A DNA stretch of 64,000 nucleotides. It comes from an uncultured Christensenellaceae bacterium (GTDB lineage Bacteria; Bacillota; Clostridia; Christensenellales; UBA3700). The stretch covers positions 744,532-808,531 of the forward strand of contig OZ006985.1 in assembly GCA_963931165.1 (NCBI GenBank), given 5' to 3'. Made by a program: the position numbers and the translations under genes. The notes under the pieces are model-generated. The model made no database searches, was not told where the DNA came from, and worked only from the letters and a program-made list of their open reading frames with translations. Shown in pieces: positions 19,319 to 30,008 of this stretch (within the stretch, counting starts at the first letter, position 1; every line of letters starts with the position of its first letter).

Positions 19319-20212
19319 ATGAAACAATACGACACGATGACCATAGGGCACATATCGCTCGACTATAACATCGACTACCTCGACAATCAGATAGTCGAGG
19401 TGGGAGGTGCGGTGATCTATTCGTCCGCGGCGGCGTATGCCGGCGGCTACAAGGTCGCGGCGGTCACCAAACTCGCGCAACAGGATATGAGCAGGCTGTC
19501 CGAGCTGGTCATTCCCAAAGAGGACATATATTGCGTCCCCTCTCGCGTCAGCACGTCCATACGCAACAAGTATCACACCGCCGACAAAGAGAGGCGTACC
19601 TGCACCTGCTTGGGGCAAGCCGACCCCTTCCGCATTGAAGACATTCCTGAAGCGGAGACCGGGGTCTATCACCTTGCCGGGCTCATCTACGGAGACTTCG
19701 ACGGCGAGTTGATCAAGGCGCTCGCCCAAAAGGGCAAGGTCGCGGTCGACGTGCAGGCGCTGCTCCGCCACGCGGACAAGAAGACGGGCGCGATGTACTT
19801 TGAGGATTGGGCGCAAAAGAAGGAACTTTTGCCCTATATCGACTACCTCAAGACGGACGCAGCCGAGGCGGAGATCCTCACTGGTCAGCCCGACAGATAT
19901 GTCGCCGCAAAGATGCTGCACGCGTGGGGCGCAAAAGAGGTGGTCATCACGCACAACACCGAGGTCATCGCCTTTGACGGCACGCATACCTATGCCTGCC
20001 CGATCAGGGCGCGCAACCTCAGCGGCCGCAGCGGAAGAGGGGACACCACCTTCGCCGCCTACATCACCGAACGCCAAAACGCGAGCGTCAAAGACGCGCT
20101 GCTTTGGGCGACCGCGACCGTCTCCGCAAAGATGGAACAGCCCGGTCCCTACCGCGGCACGAGGCGCGACATAAAGGCTTATATCGACGAATTTTTCGCC
20201 GACGTCAAGTGA
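19319..20212 (+). CDS. PfkB/ribokinase-family carbohydrate kinase
   Basis: VGGAVIYS and C-terminal SGRGDTTFAAY motif. Confidence 0.85.
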   Translation: MKQYDTMTIGHISLDYNIDYLDNQIVEVGGAVIYSSAAAYAGGYKVAAVTKLAQQDMSRLSELVIPKEDIYCVPSRVSTSIRNKYHTADKERRTCTCLGQADPFRIEDIPEAETGVYHLAGLIYGDFDGELIKALAQKGKVAVDVQALLRHADKKTGAMYFEDWAQKKELLPYIDYLKTDAAEAEILTGQPDRYVAAKMLHAWGAKEVVITHNTEVIAFDGTHTYACPIRARNLSGRSGRGDTTFAAYITERQNASVKDALLWATATVSAKMEQPGPYRGTRRDIKAYIDEFFADVK

Positions 20213-20334
20213 CGATAAGTGCGTTTTATCGGCACATACGCGCAAAAAATCAAAATCGGCGCGATAACGATTGACAAATCTGCCATGTTGGTAGTAATAT
20301 AAAATTACCCGATCTATCCGTGTGGGAGGAAGAG

Positions 20335-21015
20335 ATGAGACAGGATAAGACAGACGATCTCGAAATACTATTCGACCTGGATGAGTTCTATGAAGACCTC
20401 TCCGAATTTGACTTGCCCGAAGAGGCGCCCGCGGCTCCCGTTCAAGAGCCCGGCTTCATCAGACCCGCTCCGCAACCGGTCGTCGCGGCTCAGCCGCAAC
20501 CGGTGGGGCAGCAGCAGCCCGTCCCGATGGACGAACCGGTCCAGGAACAGCCCGTCCAATACTATTCGGCTCAGGGCGTCGGCGCGATCGACATCAGAGA
20601 CCCGTTCATCGTCAGGCTGGAGCAGCTCGGACCCGTCATCCAAAGCTATCACGACCAATTGCAGGCGCACCTCGTCTCCTACCGCAAGGTCAAGAGCCGT
20701 TACAGCATCCGTTGCGACAGCTACCGCAGCGGCCGCACCTTGCTCGCCAAGATGGCTGTCGGAGGCAAGACGCTCAAACTCTACCTCGCGCTCGACCCCG
20801 ACGACCCGGCGCTCGCCGCAGGCAAATATCACCCGCGCAACGTCGGCGACACAAAGGCGTACGAGGATGTCCCGCTCATGCTGCCCATCCGCTCCGAACT
20901 CGCGGTGCGCAAGGCGATGCGCGTCATCGACTATATGATGAGCCGCATGCAGATCCCCAAAAAGCGCAAGCGCAGACCGAATGGGTATAGGAATATGCCC
21001 GACCATCAGGGATGA
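20335..21015 (+). CDS. Hypothetical protein: acidic N-terminus, PQ-rich linker, small DUF5655-like C-terminal domain
   Basis: GGGAGG SD before ATG 20335; domain call is from memory of the family and is weak. Confidence 0.6.
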   Translation: MRQDKTDDLEILFDLDEFYEDLSEFDLPEEAPAAPVQEPGFIRPAPQPVVAAQPQPVGQQQPVPMDEPVQEQPVQYYSAQGVGAIDIRDPFIVRLEQLGPVIQSYHDQLQAHLVSYRKVKSRYSIRCDSYRSGRTLLAKMAVGGKTLKLYLALDPDDPALAAGKYHPRNVGDTKAYEDVPLMLPIRSELAVRKAMRVIDYMMSRMQIPKKRKRRPNGYRNMPDHQG

Positions 21016-21022
21016 GGACAAG

Positions 21023-21785
21023 GTTTTGACGAGATCTTTTGCGCCGATACTTCGTCTTGCCCCTTGCTAAGACCGCAGAGGGTATTGACCTGCGGGGACG
21101 CGACTCGTCTCAGCGCAAAATCTCTTCGTCAAAACTGCTTTGCACCGACAAATACGCCGACAGCCAAAACGCTGCCGGCATTTTTGTCGGCTTGTCCCCA
21201 TCCCCGATGGCCGGTCTTAAATTTAGTTTTTATTCAATTGCGGTGTTGTTGTGCCTCGCAACCCGAATGGGGCGAATCTGCACCACTCTCCGCGGTCCTT
21301 TTCTGTTCCGCACCACCTTTGGGGTGCGGCATGCATTCACGTCTTGGGCGTCAAACGGCGAATAACGGCACATCTTGGCGTCTCATCTGCGCGTCTCGGG
21401 CGCGGTCACGGGCAGGAGCCCGGTTGGGCCGCACCTCTCGCGCTTGTTCGCCGCCAATCTGCACCATTCTTCGCCGTTTGATAAAGCTCGTTTGGGCATC
21501 TTTGCGCCTCTCGGAACGCTCGCGTCACAGGCTTCGCTTTGAGAGGGCACCAAGTCATTTACGCTAAATCGCCTACGGCTCATATACGCTACTCCTTGGT
21601 TCCCTCTCAATACTCACCCTCCACGGGACAAGCGCTCGCTCACCGCTCGCGGTCCCGTAAGGGGCAATCCCCGAAGAGCGCGGTCATTCGGGGATTGCAT
21701 AATAACATGCCGCCGACCACGTCGGCTCGCAACCCTTTCGCCACAAACCTGCACCAAGTCGCTCGCTTAAAGCTACTTGGTTGCG
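21023..21785. repeat. Cluster of long hairpins, REP/MITE-like
   Basis: At least eight inverted repeats; modules shared with 14110-14151 and 39864-39996. Confidence 0.65.
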
Positions 21786-21950
21786 TTTATCTAATCGATT
21801 CTTTACCGGCAGCACTTGATAAATTGTTTATATTTAGCTTTAAGATTAGCGTAATCTTTGTCAAGCTATTGCGCCATATTTTTCAAATTTTACATGAGCG
21901 TGCATTGAAATGTTTTGCTTGCGAAGCTGCGCATATGGTATAATTGACGT

Positions 21951-22667
21951 ATGGAAAGGATCGACGATCTTCAATGCGCCGGGCTGAGGCTCAAACAGGA
22001 CAGCGAGTCCTATTGCTTCACCTCCGACGCGGTCATTCTCGCAAATCTCGTCAAGGTGAAAAGGGGCGGCGTCGTCGCCGACTTCGGGACGGGCAGCGGA
22101 GTGATCGCGATCCTTTTGACCGCCAAGACGCAGGCGGACAAAATTTTTGCGATCGAGAAGCAGCCGGGGCTGTTCAAGCTGGCTTGCGACAATGTCAGAC
22201 TGAATAAACTCGAAGGTAAGGTCGTCCCCGTCGAGGGCGACATCGAGGATATGCCGCGCGTGCTCGGCGCGGGATGCGTCGACGCCGTCGTCTGCAATCC
22301 GCCCTACTTCAAACAGGGCAGCGGCGAGACGAGAGAGGGCGAGAGCGCGGCGGCAAGACATGAGAGCGGCAGAGGGCTCGAGGGCATAGTGAGCGCCGCC
22401 GCGGCAGTGCTCAAGACGGGCGGCGAACTGTTTTTGATCCACAGGACGGAGAGGTTGTCCGAGGTGTGCGCGCTCACCGAGAACGCCGGTCTTGCTGTCA
22501 AAGAGATGATATTGATACGCGCGCGCGAGGGCGTCGAACCCAAGACGTTTGTCGTCGTTGCGCGCAAGGGCGCGGCGCAGGGCATGAAATTGCGCACGCT
22601 CACGGTGACGGACAGCGACGGCAAATATACGGACGAAGTCGCGAAGATGTACGGAGAGGAGAGATGA
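21951..22667 (+). CDS. tRNA1(Val) A37 N6-methyltransferase-like (YabB/TrmN6)
   Basis: DFGTGSG SAM motif and NPPYF motif; adjacent to rsmI as in Firmicutes. Confidence 0.85.
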   Translation: MERIDDLQCAGLRLKQDSESYCFTSDAVILANLVKVKRGGVVADFGTGSGVIAILLTAKTQADKIFAIEKQPGLFKLACDNVRLNKLEGKVVPVEGDIEDMPRVLGAGCVDAVVCNPPYFKQGSGETREGESAAARHESGRGLEGIVSAAAAVLKTGGELFLIHRTERLSEVCALTENAGLAVKEMILIRAREGVEPKTFVVVARKGAAQGMKLRTLTVTDSDGKYTDEVAKMYGEER

Positions 22668-23482
22668 ACAAGAAGGGAAGATTGCACATCGTCGGCACGC
22701 CGATCGGCAACATGGGCGACATCACTTTGAGGGCGATCGAGACGCTCAAAGTGGTCGATCTAGTCGCGTGCGAGGACACGCGCCGCACGCTTGGGTTGTT
22801 GACTCACTTCGGCATCAAAAAGCCGCTGGTCAGCTACTACAAGCCCAAGGAGCGCGAGGGCGCAAGACGTGTGTTGGCGTCGCTCGAGCGCGGCGACGAG
22901 GTAGCACTGGTCACAGACGCCGGCATGCCGTGCATCTCCGACCCCGGAGCGCTGCTGGTCAAAGAGGCGCGAGACGGCGGTTTCGAGGTGACGGCGGAGC
23001 CCGGCCCGACGGCGGTCGCGACCGCGATGGCTTTGAGCGGAATTTTGGAGCCCGTGTTTGTATTCGCAGGTTTTTTGCCCCCGAAGAGAAAGGACGCCGA
23101 GGCGCTTTTGACAAGGTGTGACAGTGCAAAGGGGACGATCGTGCTGTACAGTTCGCCCCACTCGATCAATGACGACTTGGCGTTGATCTATGCTACGCTC
23201 GGCGAAAGGGACGTGCATATCGTCCGCGAGCTCACCAAGGTGTATGAGGGCGTGGATGAGGTGACGTTGCCGCACGTTATCGACGAGCCCAAAGGGGAAT
23301 ATGTGCTGCTGATCGGCGCCGCCTCCGCCGAGGAGCAAAAGCCGCAAGGCTCGCTCGAAGAACAGCTTGCCGCGATGATCGCGTCGGGCGTGGACAAAAA
23401 AGAGGCGGTCAAAAGGGTCGCGAAACTCAACGGCGTCCCCAAGGACACGGTATACAAATTGACCACGAGAGGTAACGAGTGA
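22664..23482 (+). CDS. rsmI: 16S rRNA C1402 2'-O-methyltransferase
   Basis: GTPIGNMGDIT, ACEDTR, DAGMPCISDPG and RELTK motifs. Confidence 0.95.
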   Translation: MNKKGRLHIVGTPIGNMGDITLRAIETLKVVDLVACEDTRRTLGLLTHFGIKKPLVSYYKPKEREGARRVLASLERGDEVALVTDAGMPCISDPGALLVKEARDGGFEVTAEPGPTAVATAMALSGILEPVFVFAGFLPPKRKDAEALLTRCDSAKGTIVLYSSPHSINDDLALIYATLGERDVHIVRELTKVYEGVDEVTLPHVIDEPKGEYVLLIGAASAEEQKPQGSLEEQLAAMIASGVDKKEAVKRVAKLNGVPKDTVYKLTTRGNE

Positions 23483-24393
23483 AAATTTTGGAGATCGACA
23501 ATTTGGTCAAGACATTCGGCGAGGTGCGCGCGGTCGACGGGATAAGTTTCTCGGTCGAGCGAGGCGCGCTTTTCGCATTCCTCGGGCTCAACGGCGCAGG
23601 CAAGAGCACGACGATCAACGTCATCTGCACGCTGCTGCCCAAGGATTCGGGCAGAGTGCTCGTCGCCGGCGAGGATCTCGATTCCGCGCCCGAACGCGTA
23701 AGGGAGAAGATAGGCATTGTCTTTCAGCATTCCGTGCTCGACCCGTCGCAGACGGTCGCGTCCAACCTCGCCACTCGCGCGAGCCTTTACGGCATGACCT
23801 CCGCACAGGCGAAAAAGCGCATATCCGAACTCGCCGACACGCTCGGCTTCGGAGAATATTTGAATAGGAAATACGGCAAGCTGTCGGGCGGACAGCGGCG
23901 CAAAGTCGACATCGCGAGAGGGCTTTTGCATTCGCCCGAACTGCTCATCCTCGACGAGCCGACGACGGGGCTCGATCCGCAGACGCGCCGCGCGGTCTGG
24001 GACGTCATCGGCGACATCCGTCGCACGCACGACACCACCGTCTTTCTCACCACGCACTACATGGAAGAGGCGAACGGCGCGGACGACGTCGTCATTCTCG
24101 ACGCGGGCAAGATCGCCGCGCAGGGCTCGCCGATCGAACTCAAAGAGAAGTTTTCGCGCGATACCGTCACCGTCTACGCCGAGCGGAGCGGCGCCGCGGA
24201 CAAGCTGTTCGACGGCGAAAAGTGGACCTATGACGAGGGAGCATACCGCGTCGTCGTCGACGGCGGTGAGAGGGCGAAGGCGCTGCTCGACAGGTGCGCG
24301 CCCATTCTACGCTCGTTTGAGGTCAAGAAAGGGGACATGGACGACGTCTTTCTCACCGTCACCGGCAAACGCCCCGAAGGAGGTGCGATATGA
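23479..24393 (+). CDS. ABC-2 type exporter ATP-binding subunit
   Basis: GLNGAGKST, LSGGQ and LDEPTTGLD motifs. Confidence 0.92.
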   Translation: MKILEIDNLVKTFGEVRAVDGISFSVERGALFAFLGLNGAGKSTTINVICTLLPKDSGRVLVAGEDLDSAPERVREKIGIVFQHSVLDPSQTVASNLATRASLYGMTSAQAKKRISELADTLGFGEYLNRKYGKLSGGQRRKVDIARGLLHSPELLILDEPTTGLDPQTRRAVWDVIGDIRRTHDTTVFLTTHYMEEANGADDVVILDAGKIAAQGSPIELKEKFSRDTVTVYAERSGAADKLFDGEKWTYDEGAYRVVVDGGERAKALLDRCAPILRSFEVKKGDMDDVFLTVTGKRPEGGAI

Positions 24394-25301
24394 AGACCAA
24401 ATTGCGTGCGCTCGGCAGCCTCGTGCTTCGCAACCTCAAAATTTTCCTCAGCGACAGGGCAGGGGTGTTCTTCTCGCTGCTCGCGCCGCTCATTGTGCTG
24501 TTTTTGTATCTGCTCTTCCTCAAAGACGTGCAGCTCGATTCGATCAAGGCGATGTTCGAGGGCGTGCCCGTCGACGAGCAGCTTCTCGACAACATCATCA
24601 ACAATTGGATGCTAGCCGGCGTCGTATCCGTCGCGTGTATCACCGTCTCTTTCTCCGCCCAGGAGCGGTTCATCAAGGATAAGGAGACGGGCGTCATCGC
24701 CGACATCAAGTCGTCGCCCGTCGCGCGCCCCGTCATCGACGCATCCTACTTTTTGTCAAATCTCGCGATCACCGTCTGCATTTGCGGCATCGTGCTCGCA
24801 GTCGCGCTCGTCTATGTCGCGATCGCCGGCTGGACTCTGTCTTTCGGCGACGTCGTCGGCTTGATAGGCGCGCTGCTGATGTCGTCGCTGTCCGCAAGCC
24901 TCGTCACGGGGCTCATCTCCAAGGCGGTCAAGACAAGCTCTCAACACGGAGCGCTCGTCGGCATCGTCAGCGCGGCGATAGGCTTCCTCATGGGCGCGTA
25001 TATGCCCACATCCATCTTCCCGACCGCGGTGCAATATGTGACGCTGTTCGTGCCGGGAACATACTCGGCGGCGCTCTTCCGCGAACTGTTTATGCGCGGC
25101 GCGATAGAGGACCTCGGCGGTCTGTCGGAGCAGGCGGCGGAGGCGATCGAGGAGGCGTACACCTTAAAATTGGACTTCTTCGGCAAGGAGATAGGTCCCA
25201 AAGAGATCGCGATCGTCTTTGCGGCGACGATAGCGCTGTTCGCACTGCTTTGGGCGGTCTGCGCAATCGTAGGCAAAAAGAGGGCGGCAAAGAAGAGCTG
25301 A
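24390..25301 (+). CDS. ABC-2 type exporter permease
   Basis: About six TM helices; coupled to the ATPase by overlapping stop/start. Confidence 0.85.
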   Translation: MKTKLRALGSLVLRNLKIFLSDRAGVFFSLLAPLIVLFLYLLFLKDVQLDSIKAMFEGVPVDEQLLDNIINNWMLAGVVSVACITVSFSAQERFIKDKETGVIADIKSSPVARPVIDASYFLSNLAITVCICGIVLAVALVYVAIAGWTLSFGDVVGLIGALLMSSLSASLVTGLISKAVKTSSQHGALVGIVSAAIGFLMGAYMPTSIFPTAVQYVTLFVPGTYSAALFRELFMRGAIEDLGGLSEQAAEAIEEAYTLKLDFFGKEIGPKEIAIVFAATIALFALLWAVCAIVGKKRAAKKS

Positions 25302-25355
25302 GCCGCATTCGCAAGACAAAAAGCCGCTGCTTGGCGGCGAGTTGGAAAGTAAATC

Positions 25356-25382
25356 AAAGCGCGCGAGATCCGCGCGCTTTGT
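25356..25382. terminator. Bidirectional terminator between ABC permease and spmB
   Basis: CAAAGCGCGCG...CGCGCGCTTTG. Confidence 0.65.
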
Positions 25383-25414
25383 CATTGTTCGAGGTCGGAG
25401 ACAAATCGGCTTGC

Positions 25415-25930
25415 TCACATCAACGTGCAAAGCAGACAGGACACCACCGCGCCCAAAAGAGTGCAGAACAGCGAGACGGGCAGCACGTAGCGCAGCTTGC
25501 GCACCTTGGTCGTGGACACATAGACGGTGCAGACATAAAAGACGGTCTCGCTTGCGCCGACGATCACGCTGCCGCAGCGCGCGATGTAGCTGTCCGCGCC
25601 GTATTCGGCGATCAATTTTTCCAGCACCGCGAGCGAGCCGTTGCCGCTCAAAGGGCGGACGATGACCAGCTCGCAAAGTTGCTCGGGAATGCCCAAAAAG
25701 CGGAACAGCGGAGCGAGCAGATCGGTGAGCGCGGCGGACATGCCGCTGACCGAAAACAGCTCGGTCGCGATCAGCACCGCGCATATGTAGGGAAAGACGG
25801 ACAGCACGAGTTTGACGCCCTCTCGTGCGCCTGCAACGAAGCTGTCATAGACGTTGACGCGGCAAAAGAAGCCTATCGCCAAAACGGCGATTATGAACAC
25901 GGGCAGGAAAAATTCACTCAAAGCGCGCAC
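25415..25930 (-). CDS. spmB: Spore maturation protein B
   Basis: RPLSGNGSL and SETVFYV nucleoside-recognition-gate motifs; follows spmA. Confidence 0.88.
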   Translation of the reverse strand: MRALSEFFLPVFIIAVLAIGFFCRVNVYDSFVAGAREGVKLVLSVFPYICAVLIATELFSVSGMSAALTDLLAPLFRFLGIPEQLCELVIVRPLSGNGSLAVLEKLIAEYGADSYIARCGSVIVGASETVFYVCTVYVSTTKVRKLRYVLPVSLFCTLLGAVVSCLLCTLM

Positions 25931-26519
25931 CTTTGAGAGGAGCGGGCGGCGACGGCTTTTTGCGCGTCTTCTTTGCCGAGAGCGCTTTGACGATCGCCAC
26001 TCCGACCACCGTCGCGACGCTCGTCGCCAAGAGCGACGGCAAGATGATGTCGCCGGGAGATGCCGAGCCCGCAGCCGCGCGAAGCCCGACTACCGTCGCG
26101 GGGATGAGCTGTATCGACGTCGCGTTGATCACGAGGAAGAGGATCATGTTGTCGGTCGCGCGAGGCGTGCCGTCCTGCATGCGCTCCATCGCCTTTATCC
26201 CGAGCGGCGTCGCCGCGCCGCCCATCCCCAAAAAGTTGGCGGTGAAGTTGAGGGTGATGAGGTCGAGCGTCTCGCCGTCTTCGCCTTTGAACAGCTTGCG
26301 CGTCAGCGGCGAGCACGCCCTGCCCAGAGCCTTGCTCATCCCCACCTTGTTCATGATGTCGAGGACGGACAGCCAGATCGCATAGATCGCGCAAAGTTTG
26401 AGCGAGAGCGCGATCGCGCCCGACGCGCCGTCTATCATCGCCGGGAACGCCTGCGACGGCGAGACAAAGATCGTCATCACGAGCGACGAAAACATCATCA
26501 CGAAAAATACGCCGTTCAT
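25914..26519 (-). CDS. spmA: Spore maturation protein A
   Basis: ANFLGMGGAATPLGIKAM and INATSIQLIP motifs. Confidence 0.9.
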   Translation of the reverse strand: MNGVFFVMMFSSLVMTIFVSPSQAFPAMIDGASGAIALSLKLCAIYAIWLSVLDIMNKVGMSKALGRACSPLTRKLFKGEDGETLDLITLNFTANFLGMGGAATPLGIKAMERMQDGTPRATDNMILFLVINATSIQLIPATVVGLRAAAGSASPGDIILPSLLATSVATVVGVAIVKALSAKKTRKKPSPPAPLKGARFE

Positions 26520-26650
26520 ACCGCTATTTTACTGCCGGGCAGTCCGCGATATGCGCCGCGCCGGGGCGAAAACATTTTACAAATGCGCGCGGAAGATATA
26601 TAATATATAAAATCGACATCAGCGTGCGCTTATGCGCCGAGGAGGAGTTT

Positions 26651-28609
26651 ATGGCTTCCAAATATTACATCACCACCGCGATCGCCTACGCGTCCGGCAA
26701 GCCGCATATCGGCAACACCTATGAGATCGTGCTCGCCGACGTGCTGGCGCGCTTCCGCCGCAAGCAGGGCTACGACGTCTTCTTTCAGACGGGAACGGAC
26801 GAGCACGGCGAAAAAAATCAGCTCAAAGCGGAGGCGGCAGGCGTTACGCCGCAGCAGCTCGTCGACCGCAATTCCGCCGAGATCAAGCGCATTTGGGACC
26901 TGATGGGTACGTCCTACGACCGCTTCATCCGCACGACCGAGCCCTATCACAAGGAGCAGGTCGCGAAGATCTTCGACAAGTTTTTGAAGTCGGGCGACAT
27001 CTACAAGGGCGAGTACAGCGGCTGGTATTGCACGCCGTGCGAGTCCTTTTGGACGGAGAGCCAGCTCGTCGACGGCAAGTGCCCCGACTGCGGCAGAGAG
27101 GTCAAACTCGCCAAAGAAGAGGCGTACTTCTTCCGCATGAGCAAGTATGCGGACGCGTTGATGAAGTACTACGACGAGCATCCCGAGTTCATCGTCCCCG
27201 TCTCGCGCAAAAAGGAGATGGTCAACAACTTCCTCAAGCCCGGGCTTCAGGACCTGTGCGTCAGCCGCACGACGTTCGATTGGGGCATCAAGGTCAACAG
27301 CGATCCGCGCCATGTCGTCTATGTCTGGCTGGACGCGCTGACCAACTACATCACGGGACTGGGGTATGACGTCGACGGCAAAAACGACCCCAAATTCGAC
27401 AAGTATTGGCCTGCGGACGTGCACGTCGTCGGCAAGGATATCGTCAGATTCCATACGATCTATTGGCCCATCTTCTTGATGGCGCTGGGTCTGCCGCTGC
27501 CCAAGCAGGTGTTCGGGCACGCGTGGCTGTTGCAGGACGGCGGCAAGATGAGCAAGTCCAAGGGCAACGTCATGTACGCCGACGACATGGTCGACATCTA
27601 CGGCGTCGACGCGGTCCGCTATTGCCTGATAAGCATGATGCCGTACGACAACGACGGCGTGATCGGCTGGGATCAGGTCACCGAACTCATCAACGGCGAA
27701 CTTGCCAACGTCTTCGGCAACCTCGTCAACCGCACCGTCGCAATGATCAACAAATATTTCGGCGGCGAGGTGTTTGACGCAGGCGTCGCCGAAGAGGTCG
27801 ACGACGACCTCAAAGCGGTCGCGACCGCGGCGTATGCCAAGTTTGAAAAGGATATGGAGGCGTTCCGCGTCGCCGACGCGCTGGGCGAGATCGTCTCCGT
27901 CTACCGCCGCGCGAACAAGTATATCGACGAGACCGCGCCGTGGGCGCTCGCCAAGGACGAGTCCAAAAAGGACAGACTGCGCACGGTGCTGTACAATCTG
28001 TGCGAGAGCATAGTCATCGCGACGAGCATGCTCGAGTGCTTTATGCCGGGCAAGTGCGCGAAGGTGTTCGAGGAGCTGGGCTCGACTTCGAGAGAGTTCG
28101 CGGCGCTCGGCAAGTTCGGCGTTCAGAAGAGCTACAAGGTCGTCGAAAAGGCGGAGATCCTCTTCTCGCGCCTCGACGCCAAGGAGATCAACGACAGGGT
28201 CGAGGCGATGTTCGAAGAGCGCGCCAAAGCCGCCGAAAAGGAGCAAAAGCCGCAACAGGTCGAACAAAAACCGTCAAAGAGCGAGATCGCTATCGACGAC
28301 TTCGCCAAGGTCGAACTCAAAGTGGGCAAGGTCGTCGCGTGCGAAAAAGTGCCCAAGGCGGACAAGCTGCTTTGCTCCAAGATCGACATCGGCGAGGACA
28401 GTCCGCGCACCGTCGTCAGCGGCATCGCCGCATACTATTCGCCCGAACAGATGATCGGCAAAAGAGTGGTCGTCGTCACCAACCTCAAACCCGTCAAGCT
28501 GCGCGGCATATTGTCCGAGGGCATGATCCTCTGCGCCGAGGGTGCGGACGGCAAACTGTCCGTCGTGTCGCCCGAGGGCGAGATCGCGCCGGGCGGAGAG
28601 GTCAGATGA
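26651..28609 (+). CDS. metG: Methionyl-tRNA synthetase with C-terminal tRNA-binding domain
   Basis: HIGN, CTPC/CPDC knuckle and KMSKS motifs; OB-fold C-terminus; GAGGAG SD. Confidence 0.98.
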   Translation: MASKYYITTAIAYASGKPHIGNTYEIVLADVLARFRRKQGYDVFFQTGTDEHGEKNQLKAEAAGVTPQQLVDRNSAEIKRIWDLMGTSYDRFIRTTEPYHKEQVAKIFDKFLKSGDIYKGEYSGWYCTPCESFWTESQLVDGKCPDCGREVKLAKEEAYFFRMSKYADALMKYYDEHPEFIVPVSRKKEMVNNFLKPGLQDLCVSRTTFDWGIKVNSDPRHVVYVWLDALTNYITGLGYDVDGKNDPKFDKYWPADVHVVGKDIVRFHTIYWPIFLMALGLPLPKQVFGHAWLLQDGGKMSKSKGNVMYADDMVDIYGVDAVRYCLISMMPYDNDGVIGWDQVTELINGELANVFGNLVNRTVAMINKYFGGEVFDAGVAEEVDDDLKAVATAAYAKFEKDMEAFRVADALGEIVSVYRRANKYIDETAPWALAKDESKKDRLRTVLYNLCESIVIATSMLECFMPGKCAKVFEELGSTSREFAALGKFGVQKSYKVVEKAEILFSRLDAKEINDRVEAMFEERAKAAEKEQKPQQVEQKPSKSEIAIDDFAKVELKVGKVVACEKVPKADKLLCSKIDIGEDSPRTVVSGIAAYYSPEQMIGKRVVVVTNLKPVKLRGILSEGMILCAEGADGKLSVVSPEGEIAPGGEVR

Positions 28610-29385
28610 TCGATTCGCACGCGCATATCACCGAAGAGAGACTGCTGCCCGAGAGCGGCAGGATCATTGCCGACATGCACGCAGACGGCTTGACCGCATT
28701 GATAGAGGCAGGCTGTGACGCCGCGACGTCCGCTCAGGCGGCAAAGCTCGCCGAGGACAACGAAGGAGTGTTCGCGATCGTCGGCACTCACCCCGAGTTC
28801 GCCGCTGACTACGGCGACGACGAGGCGGCGCTCTATGCGCGCCTTTCGGCGATGCCAAAGGTGGTCGGCATAGGGGAGATAGGGCTGGATTACTATTATG
28901 AGACGCCGCCGCGCGACATCCAAAAACGCGCGTTCGCCGCGCAATTGGAGCTGGCGCACTCGCTGCATATGCCCGTCGCGCTCCACATCCGCGACGCGTA
29001 CGGCGACCTCGCCGACATCCTCAAAGAGCACCCGTCGTGGGTCGCCGACGGCATGCTGATGCACTGTTACAGCGGCAGCGCCGAGTTCGTCAAACAGCTC
29101 GCGAGATATGACGCGTATTTTGCGTTCGGCGGAGCCGTCACGTTCAAAAACGCGAAAAAACAGGACGTCATCCGCGCGGTGCCCAAAGACCGCATCCTCG
29201 TCGAGACGGACTGCCCGTATATGACCCCGGTGCCATTTCGCGGCAAGCTAAACGAGCCAAAGTATGTCCGCCATACGCTGGCGTTCGTCGCCGAGACGCT
29301 GGGCATGACGTTCGAGGAAGCGGAAAAACTCACCGAACAAAACACACTTGCGCTCTTCCCCAAGATGAAGGCGTTTTTGCAATGA
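28606..29385 (+). CDS. tatD: TatD family nuclease
   Basis: DSHAH, GEIGLDY, LHIRDA, HCYSG and ETDCPY motifs. Confidence 0.94.
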   Translation: MIDSHAHITEERLLPESGRIIADMHADGLTALIEAGCDAATSAQAAKLAEDNEGVFAIVGTHPEFAADYGDDEAALYARLSAMPKVVGIGEIGLDYYYETPPRDIQKRAFAAQLELAHSLHMPVALHIRDAYGDLADILKEHPSWVADGMLMHCYSGSAEFVKQLARYDAYFAFGGAVTFKNAKKQDVIRAVPKDRILVETDCPYMTPVPFRGKLNEPKYVRHTLAFVAETLGMTFEEAEKLTEQNTLALFPKMKAFLQ

Positions 29386-30008
29386 AAGATCAATATGTTT
29401 ACTTGATGGGCAGGGGACTTTACGTCAACCTTACCAACAGATGCAGCAACCGCTGCGACTTCTGCGTGCGTAACTACGACGTCGATCCCGCCAAAAAGCA
29501 CGGCTTCGCCGGGTATGACCTTTGGCTCGACCACGAGCCGTCCGCGCAAGAGGTCATCGACAGGGCGCGCGCCGTGCTCGACGCTCACCCCGAGGTCGAA
29601 GAGGTCGTGTTCTGCGGCTACGGCGAACCGACATACCGCGTCGAACAGCTTTGCGCGGTCGCCGACTTCGCGCACGAGAGAGGGCTCAAAACGCGTCTCA
29701 ATACCAACGGGCAGGGCAACGCGATCAACGGCCGCGACATCACCGACGACATCGTGTCGCACATCGACTCGATCGGCGTCAGCCTCAACGCGACGGACGC
29801 GGAAAAGTATGACGCGATCTGTCACAGCGAGTGGGGAGAGAGGGGCTTCGACCTGATGCTCGCCTTCGCCGAAGAGTGCGTGAAAAAGGGCGGCAACGTG
29901 TCGCTGTCGGTCGTCGACATCATTGGTGAAGAGGAGACAGCCAAGGCGCGGACGATCGCCGAAAAGATAGGCGCAAAGCTGCGCGTGCGCAAGATGATAG
30001 ATGGATAA
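29382..30008 (+). CDS. TatD-associated radical SAM protein
   Basis: CSNRCDFC (CxxxCxxC), FCGYGEP and RLNTNG motifs; directly after tatD. Confidence 0.88.
   Translation: MKDQYVYLMGRGLYVNLTNRCSNRCDFCVRNYDVDPAKKHGFAGYDLWLDHEPSAQEVIDRARAVLDAHPEVEEVVFCGYGEPTYRVEQLCAVADFAHERGLKTRLNTNGQGNAINGRDITDDIVSHIDSIGVSLNATDAEKYDAICHSEWGERGFDLMLAFAEECVKKGGNVSLSVVDIIGEEETAKARTIAEKIGAKLRVRKMIDG

Noticed and set aside
21039-21943. ORFs in the structured intergenic region (21039-21365, 21064-21567, 21539-21943)
   Set aside because: No SDs, low-complexity Arg/Ser-rich translations, and composed of inverted repeats.
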